Assembly (NCBI GenBank): GCA_032718475.1 | Contig: JAUCBJ010007629.1 | Location: forward strand, 1-64,000 | DNA length: 64,000 nt | Direction of reading: 5' to 3' | Source of the DNA: Nemertoderma westbladi | Taxonomy: Eukaryota > Animalia > Xenacoelomorpha | Part shown: piece by piece, positions 33,701 to 46,400 of the stretch | Numbering within the stretch: the stretch's first letter is position 1 | How the letters are laid out: each line of letters begins with the position of its first letter | Program-made: the position numbers and the translations under genes | The notes under the pieces: model-generated | Told to the model about the DNA's origin: nothing | The model's database searches: none | Seen by the model: only the letters and a program-made list of their open reading frames with translations

Positions 33701-34791
33701 TTACTAAATGGTGCCTGTCTTAATATAGATACTCGATTGTTGTCGTAGAGTAATAAATTAATTATATATGCTGAATTCTGTTTTTCAAAAAGTTTAATTG
33801 CAAGCTGCCATTCTGTTGGATAATCTTTGTTCCCGTTGTCAAAAATAAAATGATTCATGTAATCTGTGTACTGCGAAGTACGGTTTTTGTGATCTTTCAC
33901 TTTGCTACTAAATTTTGTGGCTATAATAGCCCATTTGAAACAGTCATTATCAGCCATTTGTATATTTATAACACATTTTTTAACTGATAGAGCCTTAGGT
34001 AACTCCATATAACCGTGACCTTTATATTCCAGTGACCTACACTTAGATTCAGCTACTTTAATTTCCACTCTTAATAAAGATTTAACACGCCATCCTGAGC
34101 CACGAGTGTTAAATATGGCTATTTTTTGCATTAACTTTTCTAGTACATACTCAAACCATGTGTCAAAACTTTCATGTGAATCTACGGTATTAACTGCACC
34201 ACCTGAAGAACTAAAATAGAAAGTTTCTTCTTGGTCTCCCTCTGAAAAATGTGATCGATACATGAGTATATTCACACCTACCCAGGGTCTAAGTACATTC
34301 ATTTCGCTAAGTTTTCCTAATAATAAGTTTTTAATGTGAGGTAGAATATGAACTATCGATGAATGAATATCAGGAAAATCTTCATCATTCGGAAGATTGT
34401 AAACATAGATTTCTAAACGGTTATCGTGTGCGGCTCGTTCGAGGATAAAAATTGATGGACCTTGACCAGATTTCAGTCTTTTTCTAGATGCGACAGTATT
34501 GTTTTGGTTCGCTCGTGGTCTAACATGATAATAACGTTGGTGACAGTCGTGACGTAAATAATTCTCATATAAATACTCTTTATTACAAGTAGGGCAAGTT
34601 TTTTCATACACGCAAAACTTCATTTCTTTACAACCCGTAGTTGATTCATGTCGTTTGCATATTTCTTCACGTGAACATTTCACATGACAATTAAAACAAT
34701 TAAATTCTTCAAAATGTGACCTTAGGTGGCGTAAATAATTTCGTTTAGAAATTTGAAGAGGACAAAATGGACATTTCAATTGTTTATCCAT
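30779..34791 (-). pseudogene. polB: Protein-primed family B DNA polymerase, split by a frameshift (~31780) and an in-frame stop (31544)
   Basis: FDIES, HN..YD, KGIFPYEY, IRGG, DFNSLY, KLLNNSLFGK, SDTDS; N-terminal Zn fingers; endonuclease-VII-like insert CFYC..HHSH.TG..AACNACN. Confidence 0.93.
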
Positions 34792-35347
34792 CTCTTTATT
34801 ATCCTAAAAACAATTTAAAATTAATATGAATATTGTTATATATATTATAATCAAAAAAAATTCATAAGCTACTCAACACAAATAAAATATAATATCTAAA
34901 CTTTAATTAATTTAATATTTTCAGAATGAGCTCGATTGAATCAGTTGAGCTCTTTATATATATATTTCAAGTTTCTACTTATACCAACCAATCATAAATA
35001 ACAGTTACATTGGAAACTAATATCATAAATAAAGTTGCTTTTACAACTGAATTCTTTATAATAAAATCAAGTCTAAACCAAGATGTGCATAATGCGTTTT
35101 TAATTTTCATTGATAAAGTAGGTTTTACATGCTAATGTTTTATTATGGTGGTGTAAACTCATGCATTTACATGCGAATGTTTTATACCTAATCCCATGAT
35201 CACATTAAATATAAACTATCACCAATATTTACTCAATAAAGTCACCTTTACATGCAAATACTTTATAATAATCACGCTTTGTGATAAAAAGTTACCTTTA
35301 CAAGTCAGTGTGAAACTGAAAAAGAAAAGTCTCTAGTTAATAATAAA

Positions 35348-36391
35348 TCAATCTGATACTGTTTTTATATGTTCCTTATTGTAATCTGCTACCTCTTCAC
35401 TTGCTTTTTTAACTTTTATTTTCTTTGTAGGTATAGAATCATTGTTGGGAATGGAAGATGTTTGAGATGTAGATCTGCGCTTTCCATCACTTGATGTCTC
35501 TTCGATGTATGTCTTTGGATTAAATGTGGATGAAACTACTTCTGGAAATGACTTATTAACCTTAAACTTCCAAGTTGGTTGATATAGAATCGCGAAACCG
35601 TCTGCTATATCAGTTGATGAAACCTTTAACATCATATCGTAGAGAAACTCTATATGTGGTATGTCTTTATCGTAATGTAACTGTAAATATTTGCTTTCCT
35701 TGTCTGTAATAATTACTTTTTTTTCTTGTACATTTATTTTTACTTTAAGTCGGTCAGATAAAGCTTTATCGCCCGTATCTAGCTCTGAAAAGACACCTTC
35801 GTTACTAATTTCATAATTCCATTCTTACCACAATGAATTTACTTCCGATGCTGTTAAGTTAAACCCATTATAATACCTAAGACCAATAGCATCAGAATAT
35901 CTAGCTGAAATCTCCCATAGTCCCATATAAGTCGTTCCTTTATATTTGCTTACAAAACCAACAAAAGATGGGTTGGTTAAATTAACAACAGAACACTGAT
36001 TTATTATTTCGAGTGGTGGTGATAACAATTCTAATATTTCTGTCTTACTCTGAAGCAATAAATTAATGAGTGATTTGTTTAGAATTTGACATTTGCCTTG
36101 CTTCTGAATATATACGTTTTCAGTAATAACACAGGTGGAAATATTTAACTTTCCTCTTGTAAATTCTATATTAGGATAAATATTACCTCTTGAAACTGAT
36201 GATTCCTTTTGTCGGTTGATTAATATTTCTAAGACGTCTAGAAGGTAGAGTGTATCCTGGTAAGAGAAGCACGTTGTTACATTGCTATCGCTTGAGTGTA
36301 ATATAAAGTACTTGCCATAAACAATACTACAGGTATATTTATTACATGTAAATTTCCAAGTATTGCTTGAAGTTTTTTTAAATAAATCCAT
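35348..36391 (-). pseudogene. Polinton protein (about 347 codons) with PC4-like motif; one nonsense at 35825
   Basis: The second copy has TAT where this copy has TAA; VSKYKGTTYMGLWE..GFNLTASEVNSL resembles the PC4 ssDNA-binding core. Confidence 0.6.
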
Positions 36392-36929
36392 AATTAGAAT
36401 GAAAACTATTTTGAAAAATGAAAACTAAATAAATGATTATTAGAATATAAAACTTCTGTTTATATGGTTGCTTTAATACAACAGAGTGACTTACAGTGAG
36501 GAATATAGTAGCTTCGTGTAACAGATGCAACGTGTACAGCTAAATTTATTACATTAGCGTGAGTTAGAGAGTGAAATAGCAGTAACATGTAACAGATGCA
36601 ACGTGATCAATGCTAGCCCTGTCATTCTAACTTATATTTTAACTTAGTTGACCGACCAGTCACATCGATAAAAGAAATCAATTATTATTAATAGTCGAAT
36701 TAATGTATTCTATGCTATAGTAATAATGTTAAGGAACTAGAAGCTATTTATAAACATCTGCTACCAGTGATGAAGATGAAGAATTCAATGACTATGGTAT
36801 AACTCAGATATTTATCGCCTGTTTCTCTCGAGGTTGGATGGAAGAGTGATTGGTGAGTTGTGAGGAGTTATAACGGTCCCGGGTTCGAACCCTGTTGAAT
36901 ATTTTGTTATCTGAAAAATTGCAAAATTA

Positions 36930-37329
36930 AATTTAGTTACTGGTGAAAAATAGCGATTTGAAAAATAGTAGACGTTACCTGTAGACACTCCTAGCATCTG
37001 TAAAATAAAGGTTGGTGAAAAATTGCGATTTGAAAAATAGTAGACGTTACCTGATGCTAAGTGTAGACATCCGAACACCTGTAAAATAAAGGTTGGTGAT
37101 TGGATGCAGTACTAGCGTTGGGTGACTAATAACGCCTCTAGCGGAATAAGCGGGAACTTGAGAAGTTACCATGGTTACGGATGAAATGCTGACATCTGAT
37201 TGGTTGAAATAATAATGATCACTGGTAAAGGATGAAATGGTGGCTTCTGATTGGATGCAGTACAAGAAATGGATGGTAATGATGGGCTACGGGTGACCAT
37301 GGCGCAGTGTCATACAAACATATACTACT
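36930..37329. repeat. Polinton terminal region with ~70-bp subterminal repeats and CCAAT boxes
   Basis: Inverted homolog starts at 61795; AAAATAGTAGACGTTACCTG occurs twice; TGATTGG three times. Confidence 0.8.
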
Positions 37330-37520
37330 CCTATATCTAAGTTTAGTAACCCATATGGAGCTAACCAAGTTTCTGTACATATAAAAATATCGTGTGCTCG
37401 TACGAGTTTATGAAAATCAACATCCGCTAGTGCTGAACTAATACCTTCAACATTTAAATGTCATACGTTAAGTGATCTAGTAATTGCAGGTTCATCAGAA
37501 ACAGAAGGTGTAATATTAGT
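37330..37520 (-). pseudogene. Start of LINE ORF2 APE endonuclease, cut by the Polinton end
   Basis: Manual translation gives LNV*HLNVEGISS...HDIFICTETWL up to the Polinton terminus. Confidence 0.75.
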
Positions 37521-37607
37521 AGTCATATTATTGTTTACCAAGTTTTGTGATCGATCATCATCATTCGAATTTTAAACCTGAGAGCCCGAACTGATTAGTT
37601 TGGCACC

Positions 37608-39611
37608 TCAACCGTTGGGTTGTGGATCGCACGTTCCGGGCTGCCCTTCTCCCGTCTCATTGGCTCGCTGATCGAGAGAGCCTTCTTCCGGCTCATTGGC
37701 TGGCTGATCGAGTGAGCCTTCTTCTTCACCCAGCACGTCGAACGCATTGTGAAGATGCAAACTAGAGACCCGAGAACCCTCTTGAGGTCTACCAGCAGTA
37801 TCATCAGAACCAGACAGAGGTTGTGAGTATTTGCCGGGAATTATTATCCATTCGGGATTTGAAGGGGTAGAATTCAGTGATCGTTGAAGCTGAACTGTAA
37901 TTGGTGTCTGCGCCCCAGCATTTTCAACCGTCTCAGATTGTATAATACCCTGTTGTTGATATTCTGTGGCATCCATTTCAGCCTCGCAGATTGACTCTTC
38001 AATGTGCACGAGCGGATCTAGTTCTATAGTAGACCTGGTGAACGAAGAAGAGGACACAGTTGTGATCGTTGGCGCGGGCGTAGTGGGCGCGGGCTGCCTC
38101 ATGCGTTGAGCGGGCAGAACTGTAGTAGTAGGCGCAGACGGCCCTGTAGTGGGCGCGGACGGCCCCGTGCGTTGCATGGGCGGCCTTGTAGTCGGCGCAG
38201 GCGGCCCCGTGCGTTGCATGGGCATCCTTGCAGTAAACGCGGGCGGCCTTGCAGTGAACACGGGCGGCCCCGTGCGCTGCATGGGCGGCCCTGTAGTGGG
38301 CGCGGGCGGCCCCGTGCGTTGCACGGGCGGCCCTGTCACTGTGGGTGCGTGCGACCCCGTGCGTTGCGTGGGCGGCCCTGTAGTGTGAGCGGGCGGCACT
38401 ATGAAACCAAATGAATTACGGTAACCTCGTTCATCGATTGTGTAACCTCTCCGATCCCTATTGTACTGATAATCAAATGCTTGATTACTATCATTTAGTG
38501 TGTCCCTTCCTTGTTGGAACCTGTTGTACTCGTACATACCACGTCCCTGTCGACTTGCATTAGTTGCCGGGAAACTTCGCTGGGCAATCTGTGATCGTAT
38601 TCCATTCTGCGGAATCTGGTATCGACTCGGACGACTCTCGGACGACTCCTTCGATAAAACCTGATCGAGAGTAACATTTTCCTTCCCGAAAATGTCCCAT
38701 CCACTGATTGATTTGTCACCTATTCTAAGATTATTACCTGAAACACGGGCTGATAGATTCTGTTGTTTCGCATCTCGAGCCAGTTGGAATAACGTGTCTC
38801 TTTGTTGCCGCATTTCTGCCGGGAAGTCGTCGACAATGCGGTACTGACTGCCAGCTATCTTCTCCTTACATTCAAGAACTGCAAACTTCTGTTTTGTCAT
38901 CACAAATTCGACCTTTATTGGCCGAGTCCAATTGGGTCTATATCGACCTTGCCGCCAAACTCCGTCTATCCAAAGTTCGTCAGTGTTTAGCCCAAGTCCA
39001 CTTTGGAAGAATTCCAGGACAACGCGCTCCGTATCTTCTCCTCTACGTTCCGGTATATTCTTTACAATTAAGTTTTTCCGCGACATTGTTCGTTCCATCT
39101 CGACCTGCCTCCTCAATAACTTATTATAATTTTCATCAACTCGTAGGTCAACGTTCTGCAGATGAGATCTTATCTGGTTAATCCCATCATTCATTGCCGG
39201 GAGTAAAGACAAATTCTCTAGATGGTTTTGATCTAGATCTAGACCTATGGGGCCAGCGGACCTTCCGCTGCTGCTTACCCTAGATCTCTTCGCCCTTGCC
39301 GCCGTCGGCTTCCCTCCAGCAACTGACATGGCCCCAGCCACGTAAACATCTGAATCCGAGTTGTTTGCTACCCAAGCAATGGGCGACTCTCCACGTATCT
39401 GTCTACCGTAACAGGCTGGGTTTGTTCCACTTCCAGCACCGTGTTGGAGTTGCAAGGATTGCTCCATGTATTCCTCGTTCCATTCAGCTTGTCGCTCTAA
39501 ATAGACATAGTTCACGTTTTGATTTCCGGCAATGTCATAACCGACACCGACGGTCCCGGCTCCAGCACTGTTATAATCGCACCCTGCCATACCTTCCATT
39601 CCATTCACCAC
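37608..39611 (-). CDS. LINE ORF1p (coiled coil plus RRM-like domain) with Pro/Thr-rich repeat tail
   Basis: RKNLIVKNIPE..EDT, RPIKVEF, RIVDDFPAEMRQQR; repeats of TGPP(M/V)QRTGP at about 38075-38390; an APE start follows downstream. Confidence 0.8.
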   Translation of the reverse strand: MVNGMEGMAGCDYNSAGAGTVGVGYDIAGNQNVNYVYLERQAEWNEEYMEQSLQLQHGAGSGTNPACYGRQIRGESPIAWVANNSDSDVYVAGAMSVAGGKPTAARAKRSRVSSSGRSAGPIGLDLDQNHLENLSLLPAMNDGINQIRSHLQNVDLRVDENYNKLLRRQVEMERTMSRKNLIVKNIPERRGEDTERVVLEFFQSGLGLNTDELWIDGVWRQGRYRPNWTRPIKVEFVMTKQKFAVLECKEKIAGSQYRIVDDFPAEMRQQRDTLFQLARDAKQQNLSARVSGNNLRIGDKSISGWDIFGKENVTLDQVLSKESSESRPSRYQIPQNGIRSQIAQRSFPATNASRQGRGMYEYNRFQQGRDTLNDSNQAFDYQYNRDRRGYTIDERGYRNSFGFIVPPAHTTGPPTQRTGSHAPTVTGPPVQRTGPPAPTTGPPMQRTGPPVFTARPPAFTARMPMQRTGPPAPTTRPPMQRTGPSAPTTGPSAPTTTVLPAQRMRQPAPTTPAPTITTVSSSSFTRSTIELDPLVHIEESICEAEMDATEYQQQGIIQSETVENAGAQTPITVQLQRSLNSTPSNPEWIIIPGKYSQPLSGSDDTAGRPQEGSRVSSLHLHNAFDVLGEEEGSLDQPANEPEEGSLDQRANETGEGQPGTCDPQPNG

Positions 39612-40699
39612 TCACTAGGAGTCTGTAGTCCAGTAGTATAATGTATATTAGTATTAGATAAGTCAGTAAGTCAGGCAGTGTCAGTATTATAAATAATGTA
39701 CTGCAGTGTCAGTGCATTCAAGTCAATTCAAGTCAGTCAGAGTCAGTCAGTAGTCAATAGCACTGTGAGTGTCGCTCTTCCTCCCAATTAAACCTGGCTA
39801 GAAAGGCTAAGGTTGGAGGTCGTGATACCTTCCATGAACCACGGTAAACGTCTCATTCATGGAATTGTTCTGTAAAATTAATATCATCAGCGTTCCTGCG
39901 CTTATCTGACTTCCTCATTTCAGTCTTTATGTGTTTAATGTTGTATGTCAGACATATATCGAACCACTCCATTACTTTATCAAAATTATGTCGAAAGTTG
40001 TGTCAGTTCATTTATATAATGAAAAAGTCAATATAAATTATAATGGTAGTATTGCAATTATAATAGTAAAAAAATATTATGTGCAATAATTACTACGGGC
40101 TACAGCTTCTTTCAAATCCCTTTATTTTTTAGATTTCGGACATATTGTTATATAACCTGACCCGAAAATCTAGGGGGGGCTGTGAAATTGTTGCCCTACG
40201 TTTAGAGATTTATATAGTATTATTATTCATACAGTCATATATACAGTATACATATTCTGATAGCTTCGAGAACATTGCAATCTGTTGTCTGATGATTGGT
40301 TTCAGAGTTTAGTATACAACCCTATGTGATTACTATACTGCAGTACTGACGTGCATATTATACTGACTGGAATTATTGTCCAGTCTGCATGTCTGCCTAT
40401 GTGGTGTAAACGCTAGTATTTTTTGCACCACACGGACTATAGATTTTTGGTAGATATCAATGTCAATCAGTCACAGGTTCTGTCAGTCGACAATTAATAG
40501 TTAGGTTGTTTGTATTACTGTTATATTAACCTGTGTCTGTACCGTCTGATATAATAAAGCCCAAAGGAGTTCTTGTGCGTATGAACAAAGTACTATAGTT
40601 TTCATCACCTGCATAGGTTTACCCGGACTACCGCAAGTTGGCATACCTCAGTACGTGAATGGACGATGACACCGTGCGGTATTCACAATGTGTCTCATT

Positions 40700-40958
40700 G
40701 GTTCCCCCAAGCTTGACACTAGAACAAAATCGCCTCCACTTTGCAGGACATTGCTTTCACCGTGAGGACCAGCCAGTGCATAATCTTGTACTTTGGCAGC
40801 CTCATGGAGTGAATAAACATGGTGGACAGCCCATGACTTTCTTGAGACGCATCTTAAAAGACACTGGCCTTGAAGATGCGGATGATCTAGCAAATGTCAT
40901 GGGTGATAGGGAGTTGTGGCGGTGCAATTATGTCGATAAGCCGGCACAGCATTCTTAA
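40700..40958 (+). mobile_element. RTE-like LINE 3' fragment
   Basis: RLHFAGHC.....PV..LVLWQP.G..DTGL..M.DR..WR C-terminal signature. Confidence 0.75.
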
Positions 40959-40994
40959 AAATGCAGCTGCAATACAGCATGCCGATCCTAGTAG

Positions 40995-41507
40995 TATTGA
41001 CATAATAAATAGTAACCAATAGGAGATGGTTTAGCGCGAAATTCAAACTCAAATGTTTACCTGCATTTTTCTCAAATGTGCTTATTTTTTACTAAAAATC
41101 TATCTCCTCCGCCATTTCTTAACGGATTTCGAATTTTTTTGTGGGAGGTTGTAGCTGAGGATTCTGTCTACATAACAATGGGACGGATTTTCAAAAGTTT
41201 GACTCAGTCAGAAGTTATGACGTCACCAATCTCATTTTTTCGAAAAAATCAAAATTTTATGAAAAAATGACATTTGTGACGTCATAACTTTTGATTGCAG
41301 CAAAATTTTGAAAATCTGCCACATTATTCTGTAGACACAATCTTTACCTACAATGTCCAACAAACAGAATCGAAATCCGTTAACAAATGGCGGAGGAGAT
41401 AGATTTTTAGTAAAAAATAAGCACATTTGAGAAAAATGCAGGTAAACATTTGAGTTTGAATTTCGCGCTAAACCATCTCCTATTGGTTAATATTTATTAT
41501 GTCAATA
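40995..41507. mobile_element. 513-bp foldback (palindromic MITE-like) element
   Basis: Outer arms of about 135 bp are near-perfect inverted repeats, inner arms diverged, centre near 41250. Confidence 0.8.
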
Positions 41508-41832
41508 ATCAATAACCAATTGGTTATAATCGATAATTAAGACATGTTCTAAGGTCTAAAAATTACGCTGAGTATTTCTGCAGTGATAATTAGAAAATAG
41601 TTAAGAATTAAAGATATATTTAGTTATTTAAATATATTTATTATATTAACTAATAATTTTATTAAATTAGTGGAATATTTAAATAGCTGTATCTCAAAAA
41701 CTAAAAGTCGTATAGCGATGCAGATTTCACCATTAAAATCACCGTAAAATTCTGTATTAGATGAAATTATAATAAAAAACGTCCAAATTTTACCCCTCTC
41801 GGTGACCCCCCCCCCCCCCCCCCTAAATAATA

Positions 41833-42349
41833 ATGGCTATAGATACATATATAACTCTAGTTTCAGATAGCTCTTTAAATACATATCCCAATAATAGCCC
41901 TAGCGAGTTTACTGTTGATTTAGCCGAAGAATTATACATTTGGTCCAAACGCTAAAATTGGGCTTGCTGAAATCCAATACCAAGCAACGTACATCAATAT
42001 TACTCTGCAAACTCAGATCTCGCTGTCAATCGGGGTAGACGCAAAATATGCCAAATCATACAGTTTATTTCCTGGTATGCATAGGTCTATTCAAGTCATT
42101 ATTGATGATATAAATAAACTATTTAATTCTGAAGCGAAATATAAAGATTTTGAATTCATTTTTAAAACAAATAATTCTAGAATTAAATTTAAATTTCCTA
42201 AAAAGTTGAAAAAAATACAATTAAGTATACGATGTGATTTAATACAAATTCTAGGCTTAAAACAATTATTGGATCAGAATCATCCGGGTATTACGAATTG
42301 GGATATATACAGTATGATAGCGGTAGATGAATTAAGCAACCGATATTAA
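41833..42349 (+). pseudogene. Fragment of a second, divergent Polinton minor capsid gene
   Basis: Manual translation MAIDTYITLVSDSSLNTYPNNSPSEFTVDL..(frameshift)..IGLAEIQY matches the mCP N-terminal pattern of 25260-26114. Confidence 0.7.
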
Positions 42350-43434
42350 TTTTAAATTATAGAGGGCCAAATATTTCAGAAATTGGTTTTTTTAAGCGGA
42401 TTCAATTCCGCTTCACTACCCACCACAAAATGGGATAGTGGCATTTTCAGCAATATGTTGGAGATACGAGATTAGCAATATGAATCTCGTATCACAACCA
42501 ACATTTTTTTTTTGGGGGGGGGGGGGGGGGGGCAACACAAGCCCCGAAGCCACACACAAAGGAGGGTTAGAGGTCAAACCACCTCGGAGGGGACACAGCT
42601 AGTAGAGGCTAGCAGCAGGGGGGAATCACTCCCAGAGAGTGCAAGGGCGAGAAGTAGGGTATTAGCCAATAAGGGCAAAGGAGAGCATCCACTAGGTAGC
42701 AGGCCAAGGTAGCGTAGGAGGTGAAGCAATATTGGTATATCAATCATATATTACCTCCCGCTACCGGTTTGTGATTCAGTTTAGTTAGCTAACCAGTTTC
42801 AGTGCAGACCGGTAATCAGTTGTTTTACCGTCACCGTCAACAAAATTGGCTGTATTTTAATCTATCACCAGTACCAAGCATTATTGTCATCCGCTGTCAT
42901 TCTGCCCTCATCATTATCTGTGCTATCACTATTATATTCGATCTGCCGACGTAGACAACACCGGACTCTCATCGCTTTTCCTCCAACGGCCTCGGCCAAG
43001 CAATCACTGGCACCATCCCGAGCTAGAACGGTGACGCGTACGAAACACTAACCCGGTCGGGATCTCTGATCCCGTCACAGTAAAACAACTGCCAACTGCT
43101 ATCGAACTGTGACTGCCTAAGAGACAGTAAAGAGAGATGAGCTGGAACAGGAGAACCCCGAGTATCAGAGGGAGAGAGGACGCCGCCGCGGACCCCGGAC
43201 GACACCAACCAAACGATCCGTGAGGCCGCGACGCGACGGTATCGAGCCTGCAACGCCGGATTCGCCGACGAGGGACGATCCGGTGGCCCAGGCGGAGGGT
43301 GACCGTCAACCACGAGCGGGAGACGAGTCGAGGCATGACGGCGGTCGGAGTACTGAAGTCGCCGCAGGCCGAGGGCGACGGATGGCCCACCGGAACGGCG
43401 ACGGTGGGGCCGCCGGTACAGCGCCGAACCAGGA

Positions 43435-46400
43435 GTGGAGGAGGAGTCGGCGAAGAGGACGTCGGGACGAGTGATCGGCTACGACGGGCCTACAATGCCA
43501 CGAAGAAACTATCTGAAGGAGGCCAGGGAGGGAGGAAAGGTAGACCAGCCTAAGTTACACCAAAGGCTAGGTGAGTCGAACAAACATTTTCGGTATTTAG
43601 TCCGTTTTGGACAGGGAGAACTGGCGAGTGAGAGAGCGAGGGGCGTCGCCACCGAACTATTCGAACTGTGGCGATCCGGGGTTATGGAGCCTGAAGTAGT
43701 GTACGTAGGGCCGTACTTAGTGGATGCTAGGGGAATTAAGTTAGTGGGTTGGGCGGATCCGCAGGAGGGCGAACCCGAGGTTAACCCCGAGGATTCGGTC
43801 TCGTCGGTTAGCGAGAACCCCAGAAAGCGGGGGAAAGTTAGTAGGACAGAGAGGCGACGGGAGTCCGTCGCGACCGATAAGTCCGCTACATCCTCCGCGA
43901 AAGCAAGAATGGTGTTAGAGATAGATCTGGCGTGTCAACTAGACATGGTGGCGCTAGACCAGAAAGAATTAGAGAGGCAGTTGGACGAGGGAACTGCGTT
44001 GTTAGAGAAAGAGAGAGAGTTAGCGAGGGAGTGTAAAGAGAGGGCCGAAAGGGTGGCGAGAAACTTTAGAGAGTGAGGAGAGAGAAATAAGGGAGGAGAA
44101 GGAGCGAAAGGCGGGAGAGGTGAACGAGCGTAAAGAGCGTGAGGTGAGGTGGCTTGAGAGAATTGTGAGAGAGGCAGAGTTGGCCGACCAAACTTTGCGA
44201 GAGGATAGAGAGAGAGAGAGAACGGGAAAGCATGTGCAGGATGAAATGCATGCCCGGTTGATGGGGCTTATGCAATATCAGGCCAAGCAAAAGCATCGAT
44301 TAGAACTGGCGCAGTTGGGACTACCCGAGAGTGAGGCTGGCTCGGGTAGTATTTACGAGGAGCCAGAGGTAATGGAAACGTTCGTTAATACCCCACTGAC
44401 GGGCACCGGACGACAGACCCAAGACTGGTGTAACCGTACGGGCGGGGGGTGGGGGGGGGGGGGGGGTAATAATAATACGTTAGAGGGCATTAATATGAAT
44501 AGTACCGTAGTGGACAACCCTAATCAAACTTTCATTGCAGGAAATAATCTTTTACCCGGTAATAATAATTACCCTAATTTAAATATAGCAAATAATCCAA
44601 TAATCCTAATTTAAATACAAAATAATCAATAATTCTAATTCAAACGCACAAAATAATCCTAAATTATAATTTTAATCAAACGCCAAAATAATTCAAATAA
44701 TAATCCGAATTCCGAACAAAATAACTTAAATAATTTAAATAATTTAGGAAACTAATATTATTGATAACGGTGCTATTAACTACGAATGTACGGGAAACAG
44801 GTGGTCCGGCCAGCGGGAGCCTGCAAGGCCACGTAGTGTACGCAGGGAGTAGCAGGGGTGAGTCACCCCGACGGGAGCCTGCAAGGCCACGTAGTTAGGC
44901 AGGGAGTAGCGGGGGTGAGTCGCCCCGACGGGAGCCTGCAAGGCCACATAGTTAGGCAGGGAGTAGCGGGGGTGAGTCAACCCGACGGGAGCCTGCCAGG
45001 CCATGCAGTTGCACAGGGAGAGGCGGGGGTGTGTAGACCCAGCCGCAGTAGAGAATAGTGCGTCGACTAGAGAGGGGCGTAGAAGCGAAGTAGGAGGTAG
45101 TGAAGTAAGAGGTGGCGAAGTGGGGGGGGGGGGGCTACGGGTGCCCCACCACGAGAGATTAGAGGCGAGAGGGGGGGGGGGGGGGGGGGGCAGAGAATGT
45201 CCCCCGAGCGTCGGCGGATAATGCGCGGGGCGAGTTAGGTGAACCGCAGCACCCGACGACGGAGAATAGTAGGGGGATTACGAATATCCCCAGCAGCGTC
45301 CAACCAGCTAGAGAGAGAGAGGTTGGCGTCATGAGCGGGCGAGCAACAAGACATCGAGCCCAGTCGGAAGACGGAAGAAGAACAGTGGAGTTTAACCAGG
45401 AGGTCGAAGAGAGATCTCGTGAGCGGTAACACTACACTGAAGAGAGAAGAAGTGAAGAGAATAGAAGAAGCGTTGCTACGAGCAACCGGAGAGCGAGGAC
45501 GGATAGCGAAGCCGTCGTTAGTAGAGATGGAGTTGGAGAGTCTGTGGGGTCGAACTCCGGGAGATTGCCGTTGCCCCGGAGAGACACAGCCTGGCGAGAT
45601 ATATCATACGCCAGGAGAGGGGTATAGGATGTACCAGTACGAGGACGAGAACAGGAGAGGGGATCGAAGAGAAACTTCCCGACGGGATATAGGTGCCGAT
45701 CGAGAGTACGGTAGTCGCGGGGAGGACTTCTTGGATTATTCGAGAGGAGTAAACTTCGGTCCGGAAGGACACAGGCAGACTGCAGGACATACTGTAGGCC
45801 TTACTGCACATACTATACGCCATGCTGGGAGAGATAGTGTAGGCGATAGGGTAGCGCGAACAATGGGATTAGATCCGGAAGTCGCGGCGTACATACCGGT
45901 AGGTAGGCAGGAAGTCGATAGGCCTATACCGGTACCAGCACAGCAGTATGACTATAATATGCAGGGACATAACATATATCCAGGGGAGGGGAGAGTTATT
46001 GCAGATAGGTGTATGGGCCCCAATATATTAACATCAACCCCAGTACCAAACATAACACACAACAGGGGGGGGGGGGGCAGGGTGACATTCCCCCATTACA
46101 ATATCAACAATACACTCAACCGGGAATAAGAACATCGAACCCCCTGGACCAGAACAGGTCATGCGACACGGAGATATGGAGGGGGCCGTTGCCCCCAATG
46201 ATTTATCCGACACAGAAAAGATCGACGGGCCCGACGGGAGACCGCACCCAACAGGAGAGTCTGTACAGCATCCCTCGAACCCATTGGAAGCACAGGCGAT
46301 GGGAATGGCAACACTTATCGATGCGCTCAAGACCAGAATCGAGTTACCACCAGTTGAGCCATTTAAATTTGACGGAAGCAGACCGGAAGAATACCTGCAA

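Larger units (their letters stand above)
23557..37329. mobile_element. Polinton/Maverick (adintovirus-like), left end missing
   Basis: ATPase, integrase fragment, two capsids, adenain and pPolB; right terminus ACTACT at 37324-37329 (reverse of canonical AGTAGT); no matching left TIR seen. Confidence 0.93.
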
